64,000 bases of DNA, taken from an uncultured delta proteobacterium (GTDB taxonomy: Bacteria > Myxococcota_A > UBA9160 > UBA4427). A model generated the notes under the pieces. That model was given only the letters and a program-made list of their open reading frames with translations, was not told the DNA's origin and made no database searches. Location of the stretch: contig CAWGJT010000006.1 of the NCBI GenBank assembly GCA_963822965.1, forward strand, positions 608,001-672,000, read 5' to 3'. Below, in pieces: positions 16,732-26,398 of the stretch (within the stretch, counting starts at the first letter, position 1; every line of letters starts with the position of its first letter). The position numbers and the translations under genes were made by a program.

Positions 16732-18429
16732 ATGGACGACCTGCAGAAGGCCTGGCAACAGCTCACCGCCCCCGGCGCACCGTTCGCGTGGTCGATCCGC
16801 GACGTGGCGGGACGTCCAATGCGGACCTACGACGCGGCGCCGCCCACCCTGCGCGCCATCTGGGAAGGCTCGGCGGTCCACGGCGACAACGAGTACCTGG
16901 TCTACGGCGACGAGCGCATCACCTACAGGCAGGCCCACGAGATGGTGGCCCAGCTCGCGGCCTACCTCGCCTCCCAGGGGGTCGGCCCCGGCGACCGCGT
17001 CGCGATCGCCATGCGCAACTATCCCGAGTGGGCCCTCGCCTACTGGGCGACCGTCTCCGTCGGCGCGGCCGTGGTCGGCATGAACGCCTGGTGGACCGGC
17101 GCCGAGATGGAGTACGGGCTCCAGGACTCGACGCCGAAGGTGCTGATCTGCGACGTGGAGCGGCTCCGCACCCTGGCGCCGCACCTCGACGCCGTCCGTC
17201 GCAAGAGCCCCCTCGAGATCGTCGTGGTGCGCGCGCCCGCTGAGCTTCCGGTCCCCGCCGTGCGCTGGGAGGAGATCATCCGCACGCCCGCGGCGGGCCT
17301 GCCCACGGTGCAGATCGAGCCCGAGGACGACGCCTGCGTGTTCTACACGTCGGGTACCACGGGCTTTCCGAAGGGCGCCGTGATGACCCACCGCGCCGTC
17401 GTGTCGAACCTCATGAATCTGGCGTTCGGCACCCTGGTGATGACCGTCGCGCGCAAGAACCACAAGTCCGTCGAGGCCGCCGCCGAGGCCGGCAGTCGAC
17501 CCCTCACGGCGTTGCTGGCGGTACCCCTCTTCCACGTCACCGGCTGCAACTGCTGTCTGCATCCCATCACCGCCCAGGGCGGCCGCCTCATCCTGATGTA
17601 CAAGTGGAACCCCGCCGAGGCCCTGGACATCATCGAGCGCGAGCGCGTGAGCGTCTTCACGGGCGTGCCGATGATGTCGCGCGAGCTGGTGGAGCACCCC
17701 GACTTCGCCCGGCGCGACACCTCGACCATCTCCAGCCTGGGCGGCGGCGGCGCAGCCGTGCAGCCCGACCTCGTGGACAAGATCGAGAAGAAGCTCTCCC
17801 GGGGCCGCCCGGCCACCGGCTACGGGCTGACCGAGACCTGCGGCGTGGTGTCCGTCAACTCCGGCGACTTCTTCGTCGACAAGCCGAAGACCGTGGGCCC
17901 GCCGCTCCCGGTGGTCGAGGCGAAGATCGTGGACGACCGGGGCGACGAGGTGCCGCGGGGCCAGGTGGGCGAGCTCGCGGTGTACGGACCGAACAACGTG
18001 CGCGGCTACCTCAACAAGCCCGAGGCCACCGCCGAGGCGTTTCCCGAGGGCTGGTTCCGCACCGGCGACCTCGCGACCATGGACGAGGACGGCTTCATCT
18101 CCATCGTCGACCGCGCCAAGGACATGGTGCTGCGCGGGGGCGAGAACATCTACTGCGCCGAGGTGGAGGCCGCCCTCTTCGGTCACCCCGCCGTGAAGGA
18201 GTGCGCGGTGTTCGCGGTGCCGGACGACCGCTTCGGCGAGGTGCCCGGCGCCGCCGTGGTGTGCAAGCCCGGGCAGCGCGTCGGCGAGGACGAGCTGCGT
18301 AAGTTCGCCGCCAAGCGCATCGCCTCGTTCAAGATTCCCGTCCACTTCTGGTTCCTGGACGAGGACCTGCCGCGCAACGCCAACGGGAAGTTCCTGAAGC
18401 GCGAGCTGAAGGAACGGCTGCTGAAGTAG
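16732..18429 (+). CDS. Acyl-CoA ligase (class I adenylate-forming enzyme)
   Basis: FYTSGTTGFPKG, GYGLTET, WFRTGD, DRAKDMVLRGGENI, LPRNANGKFLK. Confidence 0.93.
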   Translation: MDDLQKAWQQLTAPGAPFAWSIRDVAGRPMRTYDAAPPTLRAIWEGSAVHGDNEYLVYGDERITYRQAHEMVAQLAAYLASQGVGPGDRVAIAMRNYPEWALAYWATVSVGAAVVGMNAWWTGAEMEYGLQDSTPKVLICDVERLRTLAPHLDAVRRKSPLEIVVVRAPAELPVPAVRWEEIIRTPAAGLPTVQIEPEDDACVFYTSGTTGFPKGAVMTHRAVVSNLMNLAFGTLVMTVARKNHKSVEAAAEAGSRPLTALLAVPLFHVTGCNCCLHPITAQGGRLILMYKWNPAEALDIIERERVSVFTGVPMMSRELVEHPDFARRDTSTISSLGGGGAAVQPDLVDKIEKKLSRGRPATGYGLTETCGVVSVNSGDFFVDKPKTVGPPLPVVEAKIVDDRGDEVPRGQVGELAVYGPNNVRGYLNKPEATAEAFPEGWFRTGDLATMDEDGFISIVDRAKDMVLRGGENIYCAEVEAALFGHPAVKECAVFAVPDDRFGEVPGAAVVCKPGQRVGEDELRKFAAKRIASFKIPVHFWFLDEDLPRNANGKFLKRELKERLLK

Positions 18430-18433
18430 GCCT

Positions 18434-20983
18434 CTACCGCTCCGTAGGCGCCGCGTCCGCCAGGGTTTGGACGGTGTACCACGCCTCGGCGGACCACAGC
18501 GGACGGCCGCCATCGCTCGTGAAGCGGCTCTTCGCGAGGCGCAGGTGCACCACGCGTTCCGCGTGCAGACCGGGGACGACGAGCCGGACACGCCGGCGAT
18601 CGTCCGACCAGGCCAGCGACCGTACCGGAAGGGCTTCGACCTCCGGCCCGGGCCCGCCGGACGGGGCGTCCTGCGGAGGGCGCCACTGCTCGAGCGCGTA
18701 GTCCTCGAGCTGCGCACCCGAGCCGGGCGCCGCGGGCTCGGTGAGCTCGATCTCGAAGCCTTCCGGTCGCAGGTGTACGGCCCGCATCTCGAAGGTGGGG
18801 CGACCGTTCCAGGCGAGGCGCTGCAGGACGAAGCGTTCCTCGTCCACCCCTGCCCCGTTCCGCACACCGCCGAAGCCGCCCGGATCGCCGAGACCGCCCA
18901 GATAGAGACGCCCGTCTGGCCCCCACACCAGGCGCCGCACCCCCGCCTCGAATCCCCGGGAGAAGGGGAACACCGCGCCCTGCAGCGCGCTTCCCACGAG
19001 CTCGAGGGAAACGCGCTCGAGCCCGCCGAGGACGGCGTCCGCAACCACCAGCTGGTCGCCATAGGGACCGACGTCGAGGGGGGCCAGCTGCCCCGGTGCG
19101 CCTTCGGCCTCGGGGTCCCGGAGCCAGACCGCGGGCGCGATCGCGGCGAGCGACGGGGCGCCCTCGACGCCGGCGGAGAGGGCCAGCAGCCTGCTCGCGG
19201 GCAACGAGTCCCCAGCGGCCTCGGTCACGTACAGGCGGCCGAGGGGGCCAGAGCCGACACCGCCCGGCAAGCGAGGTCCGCGGGCGACGAGGCACGGGGC
19301 GCCGTCGGCGCGCTCGATGCGCACGAGCCGCCCGCGATCGAGCGCCGGCGAATCGGCCGGACGCCCGGGAGCGCCGAGCGCCGCGTAGAAGGAGCCGTCG
19401 CGATACGCGAGTCCGCCCGGCGCTGCGTAGAAGGCGCCGGCGCGATCGGCCGCTCCGGCGGCGGGCGCGTCGTCGAGCCCCGTCGTCAGGGGCCAGTCCT
19501 GGCAGACGGTGCGGTACTCGTCCACCACGCCGTCGCCGTCGCGATCGACGAGCTGGGTGAGCTCGGGCTTCTGGAGCACGAAGATCTCGTCGTCGACGAC
19601 CTCCAGGCCGACGGGCGCGTCGAGCCCCGCGGCGATGCGCTTCACGCGGGGCGTCGGTGGATCGGCGAGCAGGCCCTCGACGAGGTACACGCCGCCGATC
19701 GCATCCGAGCTCGCGACCGCCAGCCGGCCGTCGGACAGGAAGGCCAGCCCGCCCACGTGCGGTCGGAAGCCCGGCGTCGGGATCGTCTCGAGATCGAAGC
19801 TCGGGTGCACCGTTTCGAGGGCGAGCCCGTCGGCGGGACCGGCCGCGGGCTCGACGGTGCCCGGCCAGAGCCCGCGCAGGAAGCGGACGGACCGGGCGAG
19901 GGCATCGTGCCACCTCGAAGCGGGGCCGTGCGCGGGAGGCGTGGGTGGGGCCGGCGGCCCGGTGGATTCGAGGGAGAGGATCCACTCGACCATCACCCGG
20001 GCGTCGGCCTCGGGCAGCACGGGATGGGCCGACATCGCGTCGTCACCCCACACCCCGGAGCCGCCTTCCACGAGCTTGTGGGCGAGCGCCTCGGCGTCGT
20101 CCGGTCCGTAGCGCGCGGCGAGGCTCCGGAACGCCGGGCCCACGGTGCCGCGCTCCAGGGCGTGACAGGCGAGACAATCGTTCTGCTCCACCAGCAGCTG
20201 ACCGCGAGGACGTTCATCCGCGGTCGAGGTCATGGGCAAGAGACCCGGCTCACCCCGCAGTCGCAGGACCAGTCGGGTCTCCGCGTTGCCGCGCAGGGCG
20301 AGTCGACCGGCGGCCTGCGCGTCGCCGAAGGTGCGGCGCGGGCGGAAGTCGCCGTCGGTCTCCACGTCGACGTGGGGGTCGAGGGGACCCAGCGCGACGT
20401 CCAGCAGGACCGACGCGCCCTCCGGCACGCCGCGGGTCACGAAGCGCCGCTCGAAGCCCACGGCCCCGGAAGGGCCCGTCACCCGGCGCGGCGTCTCGTC
20501 GATGCGAATGCGCCCGATCTCGTCGGCGACGAGCTCGTAGCGCAACGTGGGGCGCTCGTCGTCGAGGACGTGCCCCAGGTATCGGACGCGCGGGCGCAGG
20601 TCGCGACCGCCGAGCCGGACCCGCCAGGGCTCCGGATAGCGATTCACGAGCCAGGCGTTTCCGCGGCTCCGCAGGTTCGGGCCTCGTGCGCCCCCGTCCC
20701 GCGCGTCGAAGACGCCGTCGCGCCACACCTTGAAGAGGGAGACCCGATCCACCTCCCAGGCGGCCCACAGCTGTGGAGCGACCTCCGCGACGAGAACGCG
20801 CGACCGACCGTCGAGGGCCGAGCGGAACACGCGGGGCGCGACCTCGTGGCGCAGCGCCGTCGGCGGGGTGGCGGACCGGGGCTCGGAGCATCCGAGCGTC
20901 GTCCCGAGGCCGAACGCGAGCACGACCGCGGACGCCGGCCACGACCGCACCGCCAGCCGCCCGAGGAGACGAGAGCGCCTCAT
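18434..20983 (-). CDS. Exported multidomain protein: class I cytochrome c plus beta-propeller (sugar dehydrogenase-like) region
   Basis: CLACH heme motif, VGPAF, GGSGVWG..M axial Met; VGGLAFLSDGRL, PVGLEVVD..LQKPELT.LVDRDGDG propeller; lipobox-like TLGC; ATGA overlap with upstream gene. Confidence 0.75.
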   Translation of the reverse strand: MRRSRLLGRLAVRSWPASAVVLAFGLGTTLGCSEPRSATPPTALRHEVAPRVFRSALDGRSRVLVAEVAPQLWAAWEVDRVSLFKVWRDGVFDARDGGARGPNLRSRGNAWLVNRYPEPWRVRLGGRDLRPRVRYLGHVLDDERPTLRYELVADEIGRIRIDETPRRVTGPSGAVGFERRFVTRGVPEGASVLLDVALGPLDPHVDVETDGDFRPRRTFGDAQAAGRLALRGNAETRLVLRLRGEPGLLPMTSTADERPRGQLLVEQNDCLACHALERGTVGPAFRSLAARYGPDDAEALAHKLVEGGSGVWGDDAMSAHPVLPEADARVMVEWILSLESTGPPAPPTPPAHGPASRWHDALARSVRFLRGLWPGTVEPAAGPADGLALETVHPSFDLETIPTPGFRPHVGGLAFLSDGRLAVASSDAIGGVYLVEGLLADPPTPRVKRIAAGLDAPVGLEVVDDEIFVLQKPELTQLVDRDGDGVVDEYRTVCQDWPLTTGLDDAPAAGAADRAGAFYAAPGGLAYRDGSFYAALGAPGRPADSPALDRGRLVRIERADGAPCLVARGPRLPGGVGSGPLGRLYVTEAAGDSLPASRLLALSAGVEGAPSLAAIAPAVWLRDPEAEGAPGQLAPLDVGPYGDQLVVADAVLGGLERVSLELVGSALQGAVFPFSRGFEAGVRRLVWGPDGRLYLGGLGDPGGFGGVRNGAGVDEERFVLQRLAWNGRPTFEMRAVHLRPEGFEIELTEPAAPGSGAQLEDYALEQWRPPQDAPSGGPGPEVEALPVRSLAWSDDRRRVRLVVPGLHAERVVHLRLAKSRFTSDGGRPLWSAEAWYTVQTLADAAPTER

Positions 20984-21975
20984 CCAGCGACCCGCACGAC
21001 CCGCTTGCCCACCGCGCGTCGCTCCTCGACGGCCGTCAGGGCCGCGGGCAGCTCGTCGAACGCGTGGATCGCCGTCACCCGGGGAACCAACGCGCCCTTC
21101 TCGTACAGCGCGTTCAGCTCGCGCTTCATCGCCACGCCGGTGGCCGCGTCCGGCGGGACGGCCAGGGCACCCAGCACGCCGGCGTTGCGCTGCACCAGCT
21201 CCCGGGTGCTGGCCCGGCCCCAGCTCCCGCTCGCGAAGCCCACGGCGAGCAGCCGGCCACCGTATGCCAGACAGCCCACCGAGCGTTCGAAGACCTCGCC
21301 GCCGACGGGGTCGAAGACGACGTCGACGCCGGCGGCACCGGTGAGCTCGCGAACGACGTCCAGCCAGTCGCCGGCGGCGGCGTCGATCACGAAGTCGGCG
21401 CCGTCGAGGCGGCAGGCCTCCACCTTCTCGGGCCCGCGGGCCACGGCGATCACCCGCGCGCCCAGGGCCCGGCCGAGCTGCACCGCGGCGAAGCCGGTAC
21501 CGCCCGCCGCGCCGTGGACCAGCAGGGTCTCTCCGGCGGCGAGTCCGGCGCGCACCACGAGGGCGAGGTACGCGGTGTGGTAGGCGATGGTGAACACCGC
21601 CGCGTGCTCGTCGGGCATGGCATCGGGCACCACGGCGGCGGAGCTCGCCACGACGAGGGCCTGCTCGGCGTGCCCGCCCCGCCCCGCGTAGAAGGCCGTC
21701 ACCCCCATCACCCGCTGGCCCGTCCGGAAGCCCGGACCGTCCGCCCCGGGCGGACCTTCTGCGAGCATGATGCCCACCACCTCGTGACCCGGGGTGAACG
21801 GCCGAGCCGGCTTGTACGCGTAGGTGTCGTGGCACATCAACACCTCCGGCAGGCTCACCCCGGCCATGCGAACGGCGACCAGAAGCTCGCCCGGACCGGG
21901 TACGGGCGCCTCCCGTTCGACCTGCTCGAGCACGTCGGCGGGCCTTCCCACGTCATTTACCACCCAGGCCTTCAT
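20980..21975 (-). CDS. NADPH:quinone oxidoreductase (zeta-crystallin MDR family)
   Basis: PFTPGHEVVG, YHTAYLAL, VHGAAGGTG, VFDPVGG, VGFASG. Confidence 0.9.
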   Translation of the reverse strand: MKAWVVNDVGRPADVLEQVEREAPVPGPGELLVAVRMAGVSLPEVLMCHDTYAYKPARPFTPGHEVVGIMLAEGPPGADGPGFRTGQRVMGVTAFYAGRGGHAEQALVVASSAAVVPDAMPDEHAAVFTIAYHTAYLALVVRAGLAAGETLLVHGAAGGTGFAAVQLGRALGARVIAVARGPEKVEACRLDGADFVIDAAAGDWLDVVRELTGAAGVDVVFDPVGGEVFERSVGCLAYGGRLLAVGFASGSWGRASTRELVQRNAGVLGALAVPPDAATGVAMKRELNALYEKGALVPRVTAIHAFDELPAALTAVEERRAVGKRVVRVAG

Positions 21976-22079
21976 GCCTTCTCCGTAACGGGCCCGTCGC
22001 GAGCCGTAGCAGGTGTTCCCGGGCGCGCGGCCCCGAGGGCTTGAGAATCCCGGGCCGGACGATTAGGGTCAACACTTCG

Positions 22080-22874
22080 ATGCTGGCTCTGTACCACAAC
22101 GGGCTCTCGTCCTGCTCCCAGAAGGTCCGGCTCGCGCTGGCCGAGAAGGACCTCGCCTTCGAGTCCCACCCCGTCGACCTCCTCGCAGGCGAGCAGCACG
22201 ACCCGGCCTACGTGCAGCTCAACCCGGGCCACGTGGTCCCCACCCTGGTCCACGACGAGCACGTCCTGATCGAGTCGTCGCTGATCAACGAATACCTGGA
22301 CGAGGCCTTTCCCGCGCCGGCCCTGAGGCCCGCGCCCCCCGCCGCCCGCCACGCCATGCGGCTGTGGGTGAAGCGGATCGACGAGAAGGTGCACCCGGCG
22401 GCCGGTGTGATCACCTACGCGATCGGCCCGCGCTCGCTGCTCCTCCAGCAGCCCGCGAACGTCCGCGAGGCCACCCTGGCCGGCATTCCGGACGCCGCCC
22501 GCCGGGCCGCGCGACGCAGCGTGATCGAGCACGGAGTGGCGGCACCCGAGTTCGCGGGCGCCCTCGGACACTTCCTGGACCTGCTGGGCGACATGGAGCG
22601 CGCCCTCGCGGGCCCGGCGTGGCTCTCGGGCGACGTCTTCGGTCTGGCGGACGCGGCCGCCCTCCCCTACGTGCTGCGGCTCGACCACCTGGCGATGTCA
22701 CCCCTGCTGGCACCCGGCGTACGCCCGCGGGTCGCCGATTGGCTCGCGCGCGTGCAGGCCCGCCCGAGCTACGAGAAGGCCATCCATGCCTGGGCGCCCG
22801 ACTCCGTGGTCGACTTCTTCCGGAAGAACGGCGAGGAGGTCTGGGCCGACGTGGAGCCCCTCACCCGGCGTTAG
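22080..22874 (+). CDS. Glutathione S-transferase family protein
   Basis: SSCSQKVRLALAEK, LNPGHVVPTL, ESSLINEYLD, FGLADAA. Confidence 0.9.
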   Translation: MLALYHNGLSSCSQKVRLALAEKDLAFESHPVDLLAGEQHDPAYVQLNPGHVVPTLVHDEHVLIESSLINEYLDEAFPAPALRPAPPAARHAMRLWVKRIDEKVHPAAGVITYAIGPRSLLLQQPANVREATLAGIPDAARRAARRSVIEHGVAAPEFAGALGHFLDLLGDMERALAGPAWLSGDVFGLADAAALPYVLRLDHLAMSPLLAPGVRPRVADWLARVQARPSYEKAIHAWAPDSVVDFFRKNGEEVWADVEPLTRR

Positions 22875-22902
22875 GCGACCGGTCCCTGCCTGGGCCCGCG
22901 GG

Positions 22903-24057
22903 TCACGCCAGGCGCCCGCCCTCCTCGAGGGGCATCTCGGCCAGCATGCGGCCGATGCGCCGCAGCTGCTCGGTACCGCCCCCGAGATCGAGCTCGAGCT
23001 GCTTCGCGAACAGGTAGAAGCGATGCACGGGGTAGTCCCGGTCGACGCCCATGCCGCCGTGCAGGTGCTGCGAGGCCGCCACGACCCGGGCGCCGGCCTC
23101 GGCGACCCAGAACTTGGCGAGCGCCACCTCGCGCTCGGCGGGCAGCCCGGCCGCGATGCGCCAGCAAGCCTGTAGGGTGGTGAGACGCATGCCCTGGACG
23201 TCGATGAAGGCGTCGGCGGCCCGGTGTCCCACCGCCTGGAACATCGCGATCGGCTGCCCGAACTGCTTGCGCTCCTTCACGTAGGCGGCGGTGCGGGACA
23301 GGGCCTCCTCGCACACGCCGAGACCCAGGGCGCACTGCGCGGCGGTCGCGCGCAGCAGCATCCACTCCAGCACGAGACGGCCCGCCGCCACGCCGCCCAG
23401 GACGGAGTCGGCGGGCACGCGCACGGCGTCCAGCTCGAGCAGCGAGGCCGGCTGGCCGGAGGTCGTGGCCAGGGGCACCTGCTCGACGCCCGGCGCGCCC
23501 GGATCGACGAGGAAGACCGCGGCGTCGTCTCCCTCCCCTTCGGCGAACGACGCCGGAACGAGCAGGAGGTCGGCGAGACCGCCGGCGGGCACGGGCAGCT
23601 TGCGCCCGCTCAGCACGAACCCGTCGCCGTCCCGGCGCGCACGGGTGGCGGGATGCGCCGGGTCGGCCAGGTCCTCCTGCAGGGCTGCGGACAGGATCGC
23701 CTTCCCCGCCGCCACCCGCGGCAGCCAGGCCTGCTTCTGCGCCTCGCTTCCGAACTCCGCCAGCGGCAGTGCACCGCCCACCACGGTCTCCGCGTAGGGG
23801 GCCGCGACCGTGTGGCGTCCCAGCTGCTCGCAGATCGCGGCCACCTCGAGGAAGCCCAGGCCCGCACCGCCGTACGCCTCGGGCACCGCCGTGCCCAGCA
23901 GCCCCGACTCCGCGAGCTGGGTCCACAGCGCCGGGTCGAAGCGCGGGCCGCCGCTCCGCTCGACGGCGCGCTGCCGCTCGTGGCTGCTCTCCTCCGCCAG
24001 AAGCTTGGCGGCCAGATCGATGATGGCCTGCTGGTCGTCGTCGTACGCGAAGTCCAT
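22903..24057 (-). CDS. Acyl-CoA dehydrogenase, FadE27/ChsE5-like partner subunit
   Basis: MDF..DDQQAI, VPEAYGGAGLG, RKQFGQPI..FQAV, HLHGGMGVD.DYP. Confidence 0.85.
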   Translation of the reverse strand: MDFAYDDDQQAIIDLAAKLLAEESSHERQRAVERSGGPRFDPALWTQLAESGLLGTAVPEAYGGAGLGFLEVAAICEQLGRHTVAAPYAETVVGGALPLAEFGSEAQKQAWLPRVAAGKAILSAALQEDLADPAHPATRARRDGDGFVLSGRKLPVPAGGLADLLLVPASFAEGEGDDAAVFLVDPGAPGVEQVPLATTSGQPASLLELDAVRVPADSVLGGVAAGRLVLEWMLLRATAAQCALGLGVCEEALSRTAAYVKERKQFGQPIAMFQAVGHRAADAFIDVQGMRLTTLQACWRIAAGLPAEREVALAKFWVAEAGARVVAASQHLHGGMGVDRDYPVHRFYLFAKQLELDLGGGTEQLRRIGRMLAEMPLEEGGRLA

Positions 24058-24065
24058 GACCGCCC

Positions 24066-25244
24066 CTACATCCGCGGGACCCGGGGCAGCCCCAGGCCGA
24101 AGAGTCCGATGAGATCGCGCTGCACCTCGTTCGTGCCGCCACCGAAGGTGAGGATGAGGAGCGAGCGGTAGAAATTCTCGAGCTGCCCGGAGATCACCGC
24201 CTGCGGCGACTCGTGCGTCAGGTAGGCTCGCGGCCCGACCACCTCCATCATGAGCCGGATGGCCTGCATGTAGAACTCGGTGCCGAAGACCTTGAGGGCC
24301 GACGCGTCCTGCACGGCCAGGCCTCCCTGGGTGGCGTCCCAGGCCACCTTCCAGTTGGCCAGGCGCAGGAACTCGATGCCCGACCACACCCGGGCCAGGT
24401 TCGTCTGCACCCACTCCTGGTCGATCACGCGGGTCCCGTCCGCGCGCTTCGTCTCCCGGGCCCAGCGCAGGACCGCGTCGAACGTGCCCTCCATCATGCC
24501 CGACGAGCACAGGGTCACCCGTTCGTGGTTGAGCTGGCTGGTGATGAGCTTCCATCCGCGATTCTCGCCGCCCACGAGATAGCGGGCGGGGACGCGCACG
24601 TCGTCGAAGAACGTGGTGTTGATGTCGTGCGCCGAGAGGAGATCCATCGGCTCGACCCGGATGCCCGGCGTCTTCATGTCCACGACGAACATGGAGATGC
24701 CGCCGTGCTTGGCGGCGTCCGGGTCCGTGCGGGCCGCCAGCCAGATGTAGTCGGCGTCGCTCGCGAGGCTGGTGAAGACCTTCTGGCCGTTGATCACGTA
24801 GTCGTCGCCCTGGCGATCGGCCCGCGTCTTGAGCGAGGCGAGATCGGTGCCGGCGCCGGGCTCCGTGTACCCGATGCAGAAGAGAATCTCGCCCGCCGTG
24901 ATGCGCGGCAGGAGCTCGCGCTTGATCTCGGAGCTTCCGTTCGAGTAGAGCGTGGGACCCACGGTGTTGATGGTGAGCATGGGCACGGGCGAGCCGCAGC
25001 GCATCGACTCGTCGAAGAAGATGAACTGCTCGATCTGCGAGCGCCCCTGCCCGCCGTACTCGGCCGGCCAGCCGATGCCCAGCCAGCCGTCCCGGCCCAT
25101 CTGCCGGATCACCTGACGGTGCACCGGCCCGCAGCCCGCCTCGCGGTGGAGCGCCTCGCGGATCTCCGGCGTGAGGAGGTCCGCGTAGTACGCGCGCAGC
25201 TCGCGCCGCAGGGCCTGCTGGTCCGCGCTGAGTCCGATGTACAT
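24066..25244 (-). CDS. Acyl-CoA dehydrogenase, FadE26/ChsE4-like catalytic subunit
   Basis: GWPAEYGGQG, FCIGYTEPGAGTDLASL, NGQKVFTS, QLNHER, TFGGGTNEVQRD. Confidence 0.88.
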   Translation of the reverse strand: MYIGLSADQQALRRELRAYYADLLTPEIREALHREAGCGPVHRQVIRQMGRDGWLGIGWPAEYGGQGRSQIEQFIFFDESMRCGSPVPMLTINTVGPTLYSNGSSEIKRELLPRITAGEILFCIGYTEPGAGTDLASLKTRADRQGDDYVINGQKVFTSLASDADYIWLAARTDPDAAKHGGISMFVVDMKTPGIRVEPMDLLSAHDINTTFFDDVRVPARYLVGGENRGWKLITSQLNHERVTLCSSGMMEGTFDAVLRWARETKRADGTRVIDQEWVQTNLARVWSGIEFLRLANWKVAWDATQGGLAVQDASALKVFGTEFYMQAIRLMMEVVGPRAYLTHESPQAVISGQLENFYRSLLILTFGGGTNEVQRDLIGLFGLGLPRVPRM

Positions 25245-25366
25245 GAAGCCTCCTGCATCCTCCCGCGAGTGTGGGATGGACCCTTCGGGGCACTCTTGGT
25301 AGCGCAACGCCCACGGACGGGCCGGGGTGCGGTAGCGTGACGGGGACGAAGCAGGGAGGAGGCACC

Positions 25367-26272
25367 GTGTCCGAGAACGCCGCCGCCGGGGAGGACGGGG
25401 CAGCCATCCGGCTGCTGCCGCTGGTGCAGGACGGGCTCGTGGCGGGGCTGCTGGGCGCATTCGCGGTGGCGCTCTCGCACCTGGTGGCCGACAGCCTGGC
25501 CGGCTCTCCCCTGCACACGCCGAGCGTCCTCGGCGTGTTGCTCGCCGACGGCGCCGAGGCGGCGCGCAACGCTTCCCCCGACGTGGAGTCGGCCTTCCGC
25601 TTCACCTGCATCCACATGGCGGTCTGGGTGGCGCTGGGCGTCGGGGCCTCCAGCCTGGTGTCGCTGGTCGACACGCGGCCGCGCTTCGCATCGGTGGTCT
25701 TCGCCTCGCTCACGTTCTTCTTCGTGAGCCTGACCTACGTGGCTGGCGGCTTCTCGGTTCCGGGGCTCCGTCCGCTGCATCTGTGGCTCGGCACCGTGGT
25801 CGGTGCCGCCGTCTCGGCGGGCTATCTCGTGTGGCGACATCCGACGCTCGTCCCGCACATCGAGCGGGAGCACCTGACGGAGACCACACGCCGGGAGCTG
25901 GCGCGCGCGCTGGCTCACGAAACCGCCGGCTACGCCGCCTACCAGGCGGCTGCTGCGCGCTTTCCCGACTCGGCCCTGCGGGGGCTCCTCGAAGAGAAGC
26001 TGGGGCGTGTGGAGACCCTGCAGCAGCTCGTGGCCGGGCTCGACCTGGAGCCAGGCGAGCCGGAGGCAACCCAGCCCGCCTGGCAGGCGGAGAGCTTCGA
26101 GGCCGCCCTGGTCGCGGCCCTGGCGTTCGAGCGCGAGACGATCGCACTCTACGACCGCTACCTGGCGGCCGTCCCCGAGATGAAGGTGCGCGACGTGTTC
26201 CTGCGTCTCCGCTACCACGCCCTCGACAGCACGATCCCGAAGCTCGAGCAGGCGCGAACGCCGGACGCGTGA
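25367..26272 (+). CDS. Membrane protein fused to a C-terminal ferritin/rubrerythrin-like helical domain
   Basis: About 4 hydrophobic helices then ALAHE..Y and ALAFERETIALYDRYL; GGAGG RBS before GTG. Confidence 0.65.
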   Translation: MSENAAAGEDGAAIRLLPLVQDGLVAGLLGAFAVALSHLVADSLAGSPLHTPSVLGVLLADGAEAARNASPDVESAFRFTCIHMAVWVALGVGASSLVSLVDTRPRFASVVFASLTFFFVSLTYVAGGFSVPGLRPLHLWLGTVVGAAVSAGYLVWRHPTLVPHIEREHLTETTRRELARALAHETAGYAAYQAAAARFPDSALRGLLEEKLGRVETLQQLVAGLDLEPGEPEATQPAWQAESFEAALVAALAFERETIALYDRYLAAVPEMKVRDVFLRLRYHALDSTIPKLEQARTPDA

Positions 26273-26284
26273 CGCCGGCCGCGT

Positions 26285-26378
26285 CCCGGGTCGCTTTTTT
26301 CGCGCGGGCCTTCCCGGGTACCTTTTCTCGCGCGGGGGCCTGCCCGGCAGACTGAGCTTCCGCGCGGGCCTGCCCGGC
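26285..26378. repeat. Degenerate ~29-bp tandem repeat x3 in the intergenic region
   Basis: CCCGG..TT..CGCGCGGG(GG)CCT core occurs three times between the ferritin-like and VOC genes. Confidence 0.55.
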
Positions 26379-26398
26379 CCCACCCGGGAGACTTGGCG

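Noticed and set aside
18434..25713. Very long N-terminal extensions of ORFs 18434..21835 and 22903..25713 as fusion proteins
   Set aside because: The extensions overlap genuine upstream genes in another frame; real starts are at 20983 and 24057.
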